Positions 40,901-48,490 of a stretch of DNA of 64,000 nucleotides are shown here, in pieces. A program made the translations under genes and the position numbers. Where the stretch lies: contig NC_068991.1 of assembly GCF_001194135.2 (NCBI RefSeq), positions 6,107,651 through 6,171,650 of the forward strand, written 5' to 3'. The stretch comes from Octopus bimaculoides (taxonomy: Eukaryota). The first letter of the stretch is position 1. Every line of letters begins with the position of its first letter. Under the pieces are notes generated by a model. It did no database searches. It was given only the letters and a program-made list of their open reading frames with translations, and was not told the origin of the DNA.

Positions 40901-42400
40901 TCAGTGGACCCAGAAGAAAATGCAAATGTTGCACAGGTACACAAATGTTCTTACAAATATTTTTTTTCTTCTCTGTATTGTTTAAATAACTGAGGATGTC
41001 AATACTGATGATGATGATGATGTATAGCTAGTGATGATTGGATAAAGAAATCTCTATTTCTGTCCACAAGCAGCCTGGGGTCAACTGAGCAAATTGGCTG
41101 CAATAGGGGAGCTCTGAAGTTTATCTCTTCCATTCAGAGTATGTGGCACCTGTGCACCAAGTTTTTTGGACCTTACCCATTAAGTGAAAGTAGTGGGTGA
41201 CAGTATCATGAGAGCATCCCATCTGATGGGCCAATTCCCTAGTGGCTCAGCATGGATCCTTGTTGATGAGCCAGTCTAATTGATTCTCATCGAACTGAAC
41301 AAATCAGCCAGAGTGCAGAGAGTCTATGCTGTTGAATTTCCTCTCCTTGAGGCATGTTAAGTATTTCTGTGCAGTTCTTTCAATAAAAGTGCCTTCTCTG
41401 TAGCACAAATGTCTCAAGTGGCTTTTGGCACCTTTGGAACCTTGATTGAAAATGAAGTGAAGCAAATGTTGAAAATGCTCTTTTTTTTTTGTCTTTTGTA
41501 CCTGACACTTTAGAATTGTATGTGTGAAAAGAAGTAAAAATTTATTCAAATTTTAAAAAATGATAGCTAAAAGTTGTAAAGGAAGCACAAAGCTACAAAA
41601 AACCCATAAAACATGACAATAGAAACATTTTATGTATTAATTCAAATAACATTGGAAAGAAACAACATAAAAACATTATCAGACATCCCAGTATGATGTA
41701 GACTCTGTGAATTATTGCCATAATTATACTTCTTAAGGTTCTCTATGCTTTTAATGGAACAGAAGATAGTTTAATTACCTTTTTATTAACACCAACAATT
41801 ATAAGGCAATTCTGGATATAAGTAATTGTAAAAGCTACTACAATTAATTACACCTGGTTAATTTTTACATGCATTTTTTGTTCTGGCATTTACCAAACTT
41901 TTATGTTCATTTATATTTATGAATTATTAATAATGGTAAAAGATCTTCAGCTGAACTGATCATTGTCTATTTTTCTAGTTGTATTTAATGGTTGATCATG
42001 AAGAATGTCTTTTATCTGGGACTATTATTAGTTGTGAGAATTTGATCAGCTTATCATAAATGCAAACACGGTTCCCACCACACTATTAAATAACCTCCCT
42101 TCTTTTAAGTGAAGACAATGAATTTATTGCTCTCAGCTCAATAGCTTAAATACTCAGCATATATCAGGGGCTAATACCACTATGAATTTATGGCTTTGTG
42201 CTCACATAAATCATTCATGAGGGCTTGTAAAAGGTGAAATGCCTCTACAGAGGTGGTTTACCATGTTCCTTTGCTGTAGCTGGCTCAGCATCTATTTGTT
42301 GCAGTAACACTTATCTTTCCTCTGTGGTTCCTAGAAGCAGAGCTTGTATGGAACAGCAGTTACATCCTGACAAATTACTAGACAGGATGATGAATCCTGT

Positions 42401-42440
<40 letters not shown>

Positions 42441-44029
42441 CATCATCATCATCGTTTAACGTCCGCTTTCCATGCTAGCATGGGTTGGACGATTTGACTG
42501 AGGACTGGTGAAACCGGATGGCAACACCAGGCTCCAGTCTAATTTGGCAGAGTTTCTACAGCTAGATGCCCTTCCTAACGCCAACCACTCAGAGAGTGTA
42601 GTGGGTGCTTTTACGTGTCACCCGCACGAAAACAGCCACGCTCGAAANNNNNNNNNNNNNNNNNNNNNNNNNNNNNNNNNNNNNNNNNNNNNNNNNNNNN
42701 NNNNNNNNNNNNNNNNNNNNNNNNNNNNNNNNNNNNNNNNNNNNNNNNNNNNNNNNNNNNNNNNNNNNNNNNNNNNNNNNNNNNNNNNNNNNNNNNNNNN
42801 NNNNNNNNNNNNNNNNNNNNNNNNNNNNNNNNNNNNNNNNNNNNNNNNNNNNNNNNNNNNNNNNNNNNNNNNNNTCTTCCACGGGTTCCCTCAACTGTTA
42901 GGGTGTGGCACTTTTTCACGCAGCTATCCTCATCCATTCTCACCACATGTCCATACCAGCGCAATCGTCTCTCTTGCACACCACAACTGATGCTTCTAAT
43001 GTTCAGCTTTTCTCTCAAGATACTTACACTCTGACGGGTATTCACATTGACATTACACATCCAACGGAGCATACTGGCTTCATTCCTTGCGAGCTTACGT
43101 ATGTCCTCAGCAGTTACAGCCCATGTTTCACTGCCATGTAGCATGGCTGTTCGTACGCATGCGTCATACAGTCTATAGTGAGTTATATTTCCCTGGGCAA
43201 GATGATGAAGTGTATAAATATATAGTTAATTATATTTACCTGCCTTTGTTTTCCTTGTTGACTTGGATTTTGTTTCAAGATAAACTTATTTTGTTTGTAG
43301 GACCAATTTATGTTGGTGTAGTTTGTATTTCAAACTAAGAAGAAGACTGATGCGAATGACTTTATTTTTCACTTTATGAAAAATTACTTTACTTTCAGAG
43401 CATGTATGTAAATATAATGTGTGTATATCTTTTTCTTTCAGGAATTCATGATAGGCAAAACAGCTGCTATGTATGTTGGCTCCTATCATAGCTTATATCA
43501 TTTCAAGTACCACATCTATGAAAGGTGCTTAGCAAAGGTATAAAGTATTAGAAATTTTTATTTTTTGCAATATAAAGTATTCTCTGCTTTAATTTTTTGG
43601 CTTGAAACAATTTTATCCTTTTATAATTCTAGCTTGTTAGTTTTATACCCCATTGAGTACCTCCTAAACAGAAAACTATGTTCCAGTTGTTGATGTCGGA
43701 TATTAGTTTATTTTAAACCGACCTACTCGACAGGCAGCCAACTGAATGATTAGGAACATTTTATAAGTCTACTCTCTAAAACGTTCAGTTAGAGTCAGTC
43801 CTTTTATATGGAGCAACAGCCTGGATGCTTACCAGCAAACTAGAATCCGAGCTACATGGAATTTACACCCAAATGTTGAGAACAGTCTTAAACATATCTT
43901 GGAGAACTCATCCCACCAAAAAACAGCTGTAGATCAGATTGGAGCCTGGTGCGGCCTCTTGGCTTGCCAGTCCCCAGTCAAACCGTCAGGCCTATCCCAG
44001 CATGGAAAGCAGACATTAAACAGATGAGC

Positions 44030-44067
<38 letters not shown>

Positions 44068-47000
44068 ATGAGCCAGTAGACAGTTGAGGTCAAACTGTGA
44101 GAGCATTTAGTTTTATAATTGATTCTGTATTGGAGTATTGCATTGTTATTGTGCAAATGGTTATAATAAGATAACCAACTTTTGTTACATTGCTTTTTAT
44201 ATTTGATACTGTGATATATTGTTATACACACCCACACATCACATATCGTCACTGACAATATAACAGGAACTAACTTATTTAAAATGGTTGACATAAACTT
44301 ACAACCTGTTGCCTGAGTTAGTACCGGTTCACCTGCTAACTGATAGGCTGATTAGATCATCATCATCATTGTTTAACATCCGTTTTCCATGCTGGCATGG
44401 GTTAGATGGTTTGACTGGGGACTGGTAAGCCAGGAGGCTGCACCAGGCTCCAATCTGATCTGGCAGAGTTTCTACAGCCTGGTGCACTTCCTAATGCCAA
44501 CCACTCCGAGAGTGTAGTGGGTGCTTTTTATGTGCTACCAGCATAGAAGCCAGTCAGGCAGCACTGGCATTGGCTGCATTCTGATGGTGCTCTTTACGTG
44601 CTACCGGGCAGTTGGCGAGGGGGACTGGCATCGACCATGTTCGGATGGTGCTTTTTACGTGCCACCAGCATGGGAAGCCAGTCAGGCAGCACTGGCAATG
44701 ACCCATGCATGAATGGTGCTTATTACGTGCCACCAGCACAAGAGCCAGTCAGGTGGCACTGGCATTGGCCACAACTACAATTTCCATTTTTGGTTGTGAT
44801 TTGATTTTTGATTTTACTTGACTGAATAAGTTTCCTCAAGCATGGCATGTCACCCAATGATTCAAAGATACTTTTTAAATGGGCTGGTTATGCATCAATG
44901 CAACCTAGTTGCTTGATTAGCAAAATCCCCGTTGTCCTGGGGTTAATAGGGTTTGGGTTAGAAACAGGAATTTTAAACCTTTAGTTATTGTAGTTCTCAG
45001 TAATGTTCAACTGGTTTTGTAGGACAAAGATATTTTTTATTTATTGCTGTATGAAGGTAGTCTTTGAAACATGTTTTATCAAAAGCTTCTTAAATAAACT
45101 TAAAAACAGGTGCATCATAACATTAAAATAGCACAAAATACTGGAATTTATGTTTTAACAAAACGGCAGAATGTAATAAATTCACACATAAACTCACACA
45201 ATCAAAATTTGTCTCTCACCTTACAGGTAAATTAAAATTACAGACCATAAATAGACAAATAAATGAAATAAAAAAAAAATTGAGAGCAAGGTTTATTTGG
45301 AAATATATATTTTATAAAATTAAAGATGCAGGAGTGGCTGTGTGGTAAGAAACTTGCTTCCCAACCACATGGGTCTGGGTTCAGTCCCATAGGGCATCTT
45401 GGCGAAGTGTCTTATATAGCTTCGGGCCAACCTTGTGAGTAGATTTGGTAGACGGAAACTGAAAGAAGCTTGTGTGTGTGTGTTTTTGTGTCAGTGTCTG
45501 TCTCCCCCATCACCACTTGACAACTGGTGTTGGTGTGTTTGTGTCCTATGACTTAACGGTTCGGCAATTCCACTCACAAGGCTTTGGTGGGCCCAAGGCT
45601 ATAGTAGAAGACAGTTGCCCAAGGTGCCATGCAGTGGGAATGAACCCGGAATCATGTGGTTGGTAAGCAAGCTACTTACCACACAGCCACTCATTGGTAC
45701 AGTTCTTTTTGGTGGGGTGGAGTGACAAATATCAAGTTTTGCTTTTCTCTCTAAGGTTATATTTTTGGGGGAGGTAAATAAACTTCCATCGGTTATCCTG
45801 TAGCTTTGAGATTTTGATGAAGCAACTGTTGAATGTTAGAATGATATTGTAGGGCTGGTGTGAGAGGCCAGATCTGGCTGGTTTGAACATAAAAGAGGCA
45901 GAATATTTGGGCCACCAGATATGGTTGGTTTAAATGCTAAAGGGTTAAGTTGTTTCTGACAGTATAAGCCACAGAAAATTTCAGATTGGTTTGTATGAAA
46001 GGGTTAAGCTTGACCCCTGTAGGATAACAAGGCTTAACACTAGTTTCTGATGCTTCTTTCTGTCTCAATTTTTGGTTTTCCTTTGCTTAATAAACTACTC
46101 TTCCGTTTCATTAACAGATAAATATTATCAAAGAAAGTGGCAATTATTTGGACAATTCTGAAGTTATCAATCAGTGTCTCCAAAACAGAGCTTGGATCCT
46201 CAAGGTATTTCAAACCAAACTACCCCTTTTTTTCTATATTTTTGTTATTTAATTTCTTGAAGGTACTAAGCTAGCAGAATCATTACCATGCCAGACCAAA
46301 AGTGTTTAGTGGAGTTTTATTGCAGCTTTATGTTCTGAGTTCAAATACTGCTGTGGTCAACTTTGCCTTTCATTTGTTAAGGGTTGATAAAATAAGTACC
46401 AGTCAAACACTGGGGTCGATGTAATTGACTTCCCCTTCTCTCTAAAATTGCTGGCCTTTTACCCAAATTAGAAAAGATTAGCTAATTCCTTAGAACATTC
46501 TAGTGTAATATACAATAAGAGATATTTATTAATTTTGTTGTTATTGTGGATTGGCAGAACCGTTGCCACCATCCGAAAGTGATCAATGCCAGGCCCGCCT
46601 GACTGGCTCCTCATCATTCAATATCCGTTTCCCATGCTGGTATGGGTTAGATGACTCGACTGGAGCTGGCAAGGTCAGGGGTTGCACCAGATCCTATTGT
46701 CTGTTTTGGCTTGGTTCCTACAGTTGGACGCCCATCCTAACACCAATCACTGTACAGAGTGTACTGGGTGCTTTTTACGTGGCACCATCAAAGGAAATGT
46801 TAAATCAACTCTGCTCAGACACCCAACCATTGAGATTCAAACATTGTTTAACATTCAAATTGCTCTATCAAAATGTAACACTTATTTTTGGAGCTTTAAG
46901 GTTTTGATGATGTGATTGTATATATTTTTAGAATGACATTGTGGGGTATGTGTAAGAGGCCAGATCTAGTAGGTTTGAACATAGAACAGTCAGAATATTT

Positions 47001-47347
47001 GCATCAGATATGGCCAGTTGAAATGCTAAAGGGTTAATGATTTTTGTAACCATATCAAGATTAATAACTATTACATAAATTGAATATGGTTCCAAAAGAA
47101 TATTTAACTGCAAGCCGGTGGAATTAAGCTCAAACTCCTTCATAGGTTTGCCATTTTAGGTTGTTAGATACCCAGATTCTGTATGATTCATATATGAAAC
47201 AATCCACTTCTTCAAATTAACTTAAATCTTTTGAATTAATTAACATCGTTATCTGTTACTATCTTGTTAATTTTCTTTTTGTTTTTTGTTTTTTGTTTTT
47301 TTGTTTAGCTCTTTGAAGATTTGAAGACTTTGCTTGAAAAGACATGA
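1..47347 (+). CDS. QSER1: Spliced gene, 5'-incomplete: QSER1/PRR12-family (DUF4211) nuclear protein; 14 exons in window, about 500 aa
   Basis: I spliced 14 exons manually. All introns are GT-AG and every phase matches, giving one open frame to TGA at 47345-47347. The C-terminus (FNIYMRIFLSQALESNFL...DQFFLKALQTID...YHSLYHFKYHIYERC...VINQCLQNRAWILKLFEDL) matches my recollection of DUF4211 in QSER1/PRR12. The symbol is family-level; QSER1 versus PRR12 orthology cannot be resolved here. Confidence 0.85.
1600..1975 (+). mobile_element. Decayed RTE-clade LINE 3' end
   Basis: Broken frames give ...KLKTSL...TQRKRELCKSRASSLP...HRCSTCGKAF*AH/TGLIGYSRTHC, the RTE C-terminal KxxL / C2H2 GLxxHxRTH signature. 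Confidence 0.8.
2705..2978 (+). mobile_element. tRNA-derived SINE, family A, with (ATT)n tail
   Basis: A-box-like head, B box GAGTTCAAATTCC, core ctttgcctttcatcctttaggggtcgataaattgagtaccag and an ATT tail. About 17 related copies or fragments occur in the window. Confidence 0.9.
3585..3775 (+). mobile_element. Dispersed repeat, family G (unclassified)
   Basis: Shares caaaggyrttccwgcc...atctaggactacattat...gctatttcta...ggtc blocks with 5030-5215 and 58780-58935. Confidence 0.6.
3960..4080 (+). mobile_element. SINE family A, 5' part
   Basis: ggcagaatttttagagc...ctgagttcaaatcccatgg...gctgttcatcc. Confidence 0.75.
4460..4640 (-). mobile_element. SINE family A-like, reverse and diverged
   Basis: ggatttgaactcag (reverse B box) plus the reverse head ctctactggttctacaattcactgccc. 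Confidence 0.65.
4790..4978 (+). mobile_element. RTE-LINE 3' tail (family D) with (GAT)n end
   Basis: ...ccaactcatgccaacatggagcacagatgttaaatgaggatga(gat)n; homologous to the 3' UTR of the LINE at 42445-43170. Confidence 0.7.
5350..5640 (-). mobile_element. tRNA-derived SINE, family C
   Basis: Reverse complement of 36620-36870 and 59797-60030 (gttcaattcc B box; ttgctccagtccactcagctgg core). Confidence 0.85.
6021..6063 (-). ncRNA. Minimal hammerhead motif, inverted copy (cleavage triplet deleted)
   Basis: The reverse strand reads GACAC-CTGATGA-A-GGCTG(GAGGGTCTAT)CAGCC-GAAAC-[3 nt missing]-GTGTT. Confidence 0.6.
6258..6303 (+). ncRNA. Minimal type I hammerhead ribozyme motif (cleavage triplet mutated to AUU)
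   Basis: GACAC-CTGATGA-A-GGCTG(GAGGGTATAT)CAGCC-GAAAC-ATT-GTGTT, with helix I GACAC/GTGTT and a 5-bp helix II. Confidence 0.7.
7167..7269 (+). CDS. Exon: RSRGRGRKNFALNMLEPLLTEVPEEGENGTKNFE
   Basis: Acceptor tttgtttatttaatag, donor GAG|GTAAAT, 103 nt, phase 2 to 0. Contains a basic RG-rich patch. Confidence 0.85.
8755..8905 (+). mobile_element. RTE 3' tail (family D)
   Basis: ggtgccacgtaaaagcacc...tgtagaaacc...tggagcctggtgcagc...cagcatgga...ttaaatgaagatgatgat. Confidence 0.75.
9110..9324 (+). mobile_element. piggyBac-type MITE (family E) with TTAA TSDs
   Basis: TTAA|CCCTTTAGCATT...AAAGTTAAAGGG|TTAA. TTAA duplication and CCC/GGG termini are piggyBac hallmarks. Other copies are at 20434-20661, 28915-29096, 45795-45948, 46820-47037, 49015-49240 and 55141-55319. 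Confidence 0.85.
9696..10103 (+). mobile_element. tRNA-derived SINE, family B (full length, internal TA/TG microsatellite)
   Basis: Head gagtggctgtgtggtaag...gttcagtcccact and tail ggtgctccagcatggccacagtcaaatgactgaaac. Other copies at 14722-15060, 16150-16258(-), 36170-36290(-) and 45326-45692. Confidence 0.9.
10991..11128 (+). CDS. Repeat 1, exon A: EHQFIIEKKDMENYDKFPVWKIEAGRLQKYELVNEDGKIRHRAVPT
   Basis: Acceptor atcttttag, donor ACA|GTAAGT, 138 nt, phase 0 to 0. Paralogous to 35337-35477. Confidence 0.95.
11195..11370 (+). mobile_element. SINE family A
   Basis: ttctgagttcaaaattccgctgaggtc...ctttcatcc...gataaaataaagtacc...ctggggttgatgtaatcgac; starts about 65 nt after the exon 11128 donor. 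Confidence 0.85.
12130..12700 (-). mobile_element. Highly decayed RTE-like LINE C-terminal fragment
   Basis: Broken minus-strand frames give ...ALLRTGKWM...KTRRWR...SRSRKKMNDEV, loosely like RTE GKxxGKRxRGRPRxxxxD. Many stops. Confidence 0.35.
13683..13813 (+). CDS. Repeat 1, exon B: YRTWTAAWRKQFSPIKTKLISQGFNSEIVEVEDEYFPRPSYKN
   Basis: Acceptor tttatttaacag, donor CAG|GTAAGA, 131 nt, phase 0 to 2. Same length as its paralogue 36375-36505. Confidence 0.95.
13900..14070 (-). mobile_element. Penelope-like pLTR fragment carrying a hammerhead motif
   Basis: The minus strand reads ...tattctttctgttgaagagcgtagctcgaaacgtcaaagactttccgtattcccgagcgtcatactaat..., a hammerhead-type fold inside a repeat-like block unrelated to 5947-6349. 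Confidence 0.65.
13990..14026 (-). ncRNA. Minimal type I hammerhead-like motif with intact GUC site and variant core CUGUUGA
   Basis: TCTTT-CTGTTGA-A-GAGC(GTA)GCTC-GAAAC-GTC-AAAGA; helix I has 5/5 and helix II 4/4 Watson-Crick pairs. Confidence 0.65.
14135..14356 (-). mobile_element. Second TTAA-ended MITE family (piggyBac-like); one terminus decayed
   Basis: Ends ...gggaacaaaAGGG|TTAA at 14356. The internal sequence differs from family E; a related end is at about 46005-46010. Confidence 0.55.
14722..15060 (+). mobile_element. SINE family B
   Basis: Colinear with 9696-10103. Confidence 0.9.
15221..15440 (+). CDS. Acidic linker exon: EISEPCPQVKELSAQQPDLAPSPLVAKERSDSESEEEEDEEGDDDDDDEKRNSESSESESESDIEDAPVHNFE
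   Basis: Acceptor tttatttcag, donor GAG|GTGTGA, 220 nt, phase 2 to 0. D/E/S-rich. Confidence 0.9.
21320..21540 (-). mobile_element. RTE 3' tail (family D)
   Basis: caacgtccattttccatgctggcatgggttggacggtttgac...ctacagctgggtgcccttcc. Confidence 0.8.
28721..28909. mobile_element. TA-flanked MITE with ~50-bp TIRs (Tc1/mariner-type)
   Basis: TA|TGTGAGTAGTTGctaaaaaccagaggctgcggttttactccaggaaaac ... ggttttcccctggatgaaaaccacagcctctgggttttCAACTACGCACA|TA. Confidence 0.7.
29645..29707. repeat. Tandem 10-12-bp repeat (TTAATGCACA)n with TTAATGTCACAA variants
   Basis: Six units read directly from the sequence. Confidence 0.9.
29715..29900 (+). mobile_element. SINE family A
   Basis: ttctgggttcaaatcccactgggatcgactttgcctttcatcc. 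Confidence 0.8.
30384..31245. other. Largest assembly gap (N run)
   Basis: Other gaps lie at about 15760-15769, 19062-19173, 25029-25126, 26157-26533, 27707-27920, 37932-37941, 39859-39943, 42648-42874 and 51834-51893; most abut (TA)n or (TC)n. Confidence 0.99.
33060..33205 (+). mobile_element. SINE family A (3' part)
   Basis: ttctgagttcaaatttc...ctttgcctttcatcctttcggggtcgat...ccttgtgcttagagtagaaaag. Confidence 0.85.
35337..35477 (+). CDS. Repeat 2, exon A: PGKFIIEVKDLSNYESYPIWKIENGKMLHKYELIIEDGKIRHRAVPT
   Basis: Acceptor ttgttcacag, donor ACA|GTGAGT, 141 nt, phase 0 to 0. Confidence 0.95.
35895..36140. mobile_element. Dispersed repeat related to the family D tail (family H)
   Basis: gcatgg...atttattgagacagg...ccagatgctcttcctgtc...ctcacctgtttccaag...tgtcaagacaaggagatacaaacacac. 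Confidence 0.5.
36375..36505 (+). CDS. Repeat 2, exon B: YSSWMPTLRQQFKPIRAKLISQGFNKEIVEVEEPFRPKPPNDG
   Basis: Acceptor ctttcatttcag, donor CAG|GTAGGG, 131 nt, phase 0 to 2. Confidence 0.95.
36620..36870 (+). mobile_element. SINE family C
   Basis: gcaagacactttacttcacattgctccagtccactcagctgg...; a reverse copy lies at 37230-37380. Confidence 0.85.
37753..37868 (+). CDS. DUF4211 exon: LERQYEDDPLVESFNIYMRIFLSQALESNFLSIIIATN
   Basis: Acceptor ttccctttcag, donor ATG|GTAAGA, 116 nt, phase 2 to 1. Confidence 0.95.
37867..37985. repeat. (TC)n microsatellite immediately after the exon 37868 donor
   Basis: Read directly. It is the source of the spurious poly-RE ORF. Confidence 0.95.
38106..38203 (+). 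CDS. DUF4211 exon: (D)QFFLKALQTIDSLIDMKVNEIDSKVQWNDKFK
   Basis: Acceptor tctctcttttaag, donor AAA|GTGGGT, 98 nt, phase 1 to 0. Confidence 0.92.
38210..38284. repeat. 37-bp tandem duplication just inside an intron
   Basis: ttatatttctttaacactactccttataatttgtaaa followed by ttatatttcttaacactacttccttataattttgtaaa. Confidence 0.9.
39345..39858 (-). pseudogene. Decayed Tc1/mariner-superfamily transposase (catalytic C-terminal half)
   Basis: Minus frames give VMPTKF...IFPHVLKTNAAEYTEVLETVVK...RPYVVQQGSVHSHKA...NLWPPNLPDLNDVDNSIWSIV, the degenerate QQDxAPxH and WPPxSPDLNPxD motifs. Confidence 0.9.
40063..40300 (+). mobile_element. SINE family A, near full length (extra partial copy at 40005-40035)
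   Basis: gaaggcagcgagctggcagaatcgttagcatgc...gagttcaaatgc...(att)n. Confidence 0.92.
40336..40401 (+). CDS. DUF4211 exon: DCLKLKPVMRELDRPNLKQSCQ
   Basis: Acceptor ttcttctcaag, donor CAG|GTAATA, 66 nt, phase 0 to 0. Confidence 0.9.
40476..40510 (+). mobile_element. Mariner-type TIR remnant
   Basis: TA|TGAGGAGGCACTGGAAAGTTCCTGGCTT resembles mariner TACGAGGG...AAAAGT termini. Confidence 0.4.
40817..40936 (+). CDS. DUF4211 exon: ACENASQPAIKSIHLYGQPYDLSNLGENSVDPEENANVAQ
   Basis: Acceptor tttttttgtttag, donor CAG|GTACAC, 120 nt, phase 0 to 0. Confidence 0.92.
41270..41560 (-). pseudogene. Decayed mariner transposase N-terminal HTH region
   Basis: CQVQKTKKKEHFQHLLHFIFNQGSKGAKSHLRHLCYREGTFIERTAQKYLTCLKERKFNSIDSLHSG matches the mariner EHFRHxLLFxFxxG.....ERTxQxWFxRFKxGxFDLxDxxRSGRP pattern. 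Confidence 0.88.
42445..43170 (-). mobile_element. RTE-clade LINE 3' portion (RT C-terminus plus 3' UTR and (GAT)n tail), interrupted by a gap
   Basis: LYDACVRTAMLHGSETWAVTAEDIRKLARNEASMLRWMCNV...RRLRWYGHVVRMDEDSCVKKCHTLTVEGTRGR, the RTE YGxETW and RLxWxGHVxR motifs. The reading is uninterrupted, suggesting a relatively young copy. Confidence 0.95.
43442..43537 (+). CDS. DUF4211 exon: EFMIGKTAAMYVGSYHSLYHFKYHIYERCLAK
   Basis: Acceptor tttttctttcag, donor AAG|GTATAA, 96 nt. Carries the YHSLxHxKYH motif of the family. Confidence 0.95.
43745..43932 (+). mobile_element. RTE-X-like LINE RT C-terminal fragment
   Basis: LESVLLYGATAWMLTSKLESELHGIYTQMLRTVLNISWRTHPTKKQL. Confidence 0.85.
43933..44086 (+). 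mobile_element. Family D tail followed by (GTAGACA)n minisatellite
   Basis: gatcagattggagcctggtgc...cagcatggaaagcagacattaaac, then repeated gtagaca. Confidence 0.8.
44362..44790 (-). mobile_element. Family D element with internal ~55-70-bp tandem units
   Basis: The unit ggtgcttttt(t)acgtgccaccagca...gccagtcagg..gcactggcat occurs four times. Confidence 0.85.
45326..45692. mobile_element. SINE family B foldback (forward copy plus inverted head)
   Basis: 45326-45450 is the reverse complement of 45566-45692. Confidence 0.88.
46118..46204 (+). CDS. Exon: INIIKESGNYLDNSEVINQCLQNRAWILK
   Basis: Acceptor tttcattaacag, donor AAG|GTATTT, 87 nt, phase 0 to 0. Confidence 0.92.
46262..46480 (+). mobile_element. 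SINE family A
   Basis: agctagcagaatcattacc...ttctgagttcaaatac...gataaaataagtaccag. Confidence 0.85.
46605..46790 (-). mobile_element. Family D tail
   Basis: ttcaatatccgtttcccatgctggtatgggttagatg...ttttacgtggcacc. Confidence 0.75.
47309..47347 (+). CDS. Terminal coding exon: LFEDLKTLLEKT*
   Basis: Long U-rich acceptor ttttttgtttag and an in-frame TGA at 47345-47347. Matches the family C-terminal W..LF..F/L helix. Confidence 0.9.
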   Translation, partial: LFEDLKTLLEKT

Positions 47348-48289
47348 AATTTTCTTCTTTCACTAGATAAATATACTTGCCAAGTGTAAAGTTGGTATGT
47401 GCCACTGCCAATGTAGACCAGAGTTGTGCTATGTAAAACAGAGGAAAAGCAGCAACTGATTTTTTTTTTTTCTTTTTTTTTTATAATCTTCCTAACAACA
47501 ACAGCTACTATAACTACATTAAAAGGATTTGCTGCAGGTGCTGCTGCTTTTAGATACCCTTCTAGTGGACCACAATTTTTTTCTCCTCACCTTATTGAAG
47601 AAAACAACACAACTGTGATGTTATATGTCAACACTCAAATAACAAGACAAAAATGTGATTTTTAAAAAAAATATCTTTTACTATCACTTTCTCATAAACT
47701 ATTTTTTAAGCTTGTATACCTATAAAAGCAGTCCTCAATACATTTTGTTAATAAGCGATCTTTTATTTTCTGCCAGTTCTAGAACATTCTATCTCATTTA
47801 CACTACATTCTTCACACCTACTTAAAGATCCTCTACAAAGGTTCTGTTTCTTTAATTCATGCCATATCTTTTCTGAATCTCCTCAGAACTGACGTGTAAC
47901 TACAAATTAACACAAATCACCAGAATATTAAGACATGTCTAAATCAGTTTCTACACTAATTAGATATTAATTTTATAGTTGAATTTTAAAAAAATATTTG
48001 ATTCAATTTTTTTTTTTTTTTTTTTTTTTTTCATTACTGTAAAACTTTTATCTCATAAAAAATTCAAAACACGTTTGACTGTTATCGCATTAACCATATA
48101 TTGATCTGTTTGCTTGATCAAGATTCAAGATCAATAAAAAATCTAATTAAGATGTCACCAGATAGTATTTCTGATCAAAGTACAAATCATTAAAGTAGAT
48201 CCAATATTATATCTATTTCTTAGGTTATCATGTCTACTAAATCAAACATAACAATGATCTAAACACTGAATCATTATTCTAATTAATTA

Positions 48290-48490
48290 GAATCGTTAGG
48301 ATGCCGGGCAAAGTGCTTAGCAGTATTTCGTTTGTCACTACGTTCCGAGTTCAAATTCCACTAAGGTCAACTCTGCCTTTAGTCCTTTCAAGTCTATAGA
48401 TTAAGTACCAGTGAAATACTGGGGTTGATGTAATCAACTAGTCTCCTCCCCACAAATTTCAGGCCTTGTGCCTTTAGTAGGAAGGGTTAT
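48290..48490 (+). mobile_element. SINE family A, downstream of the stop codon
   Basis: gaatcgttaggatgccgggcaaagtgcttagcagtatttcg...gagttcaaattcc. Confidence 0.88.
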
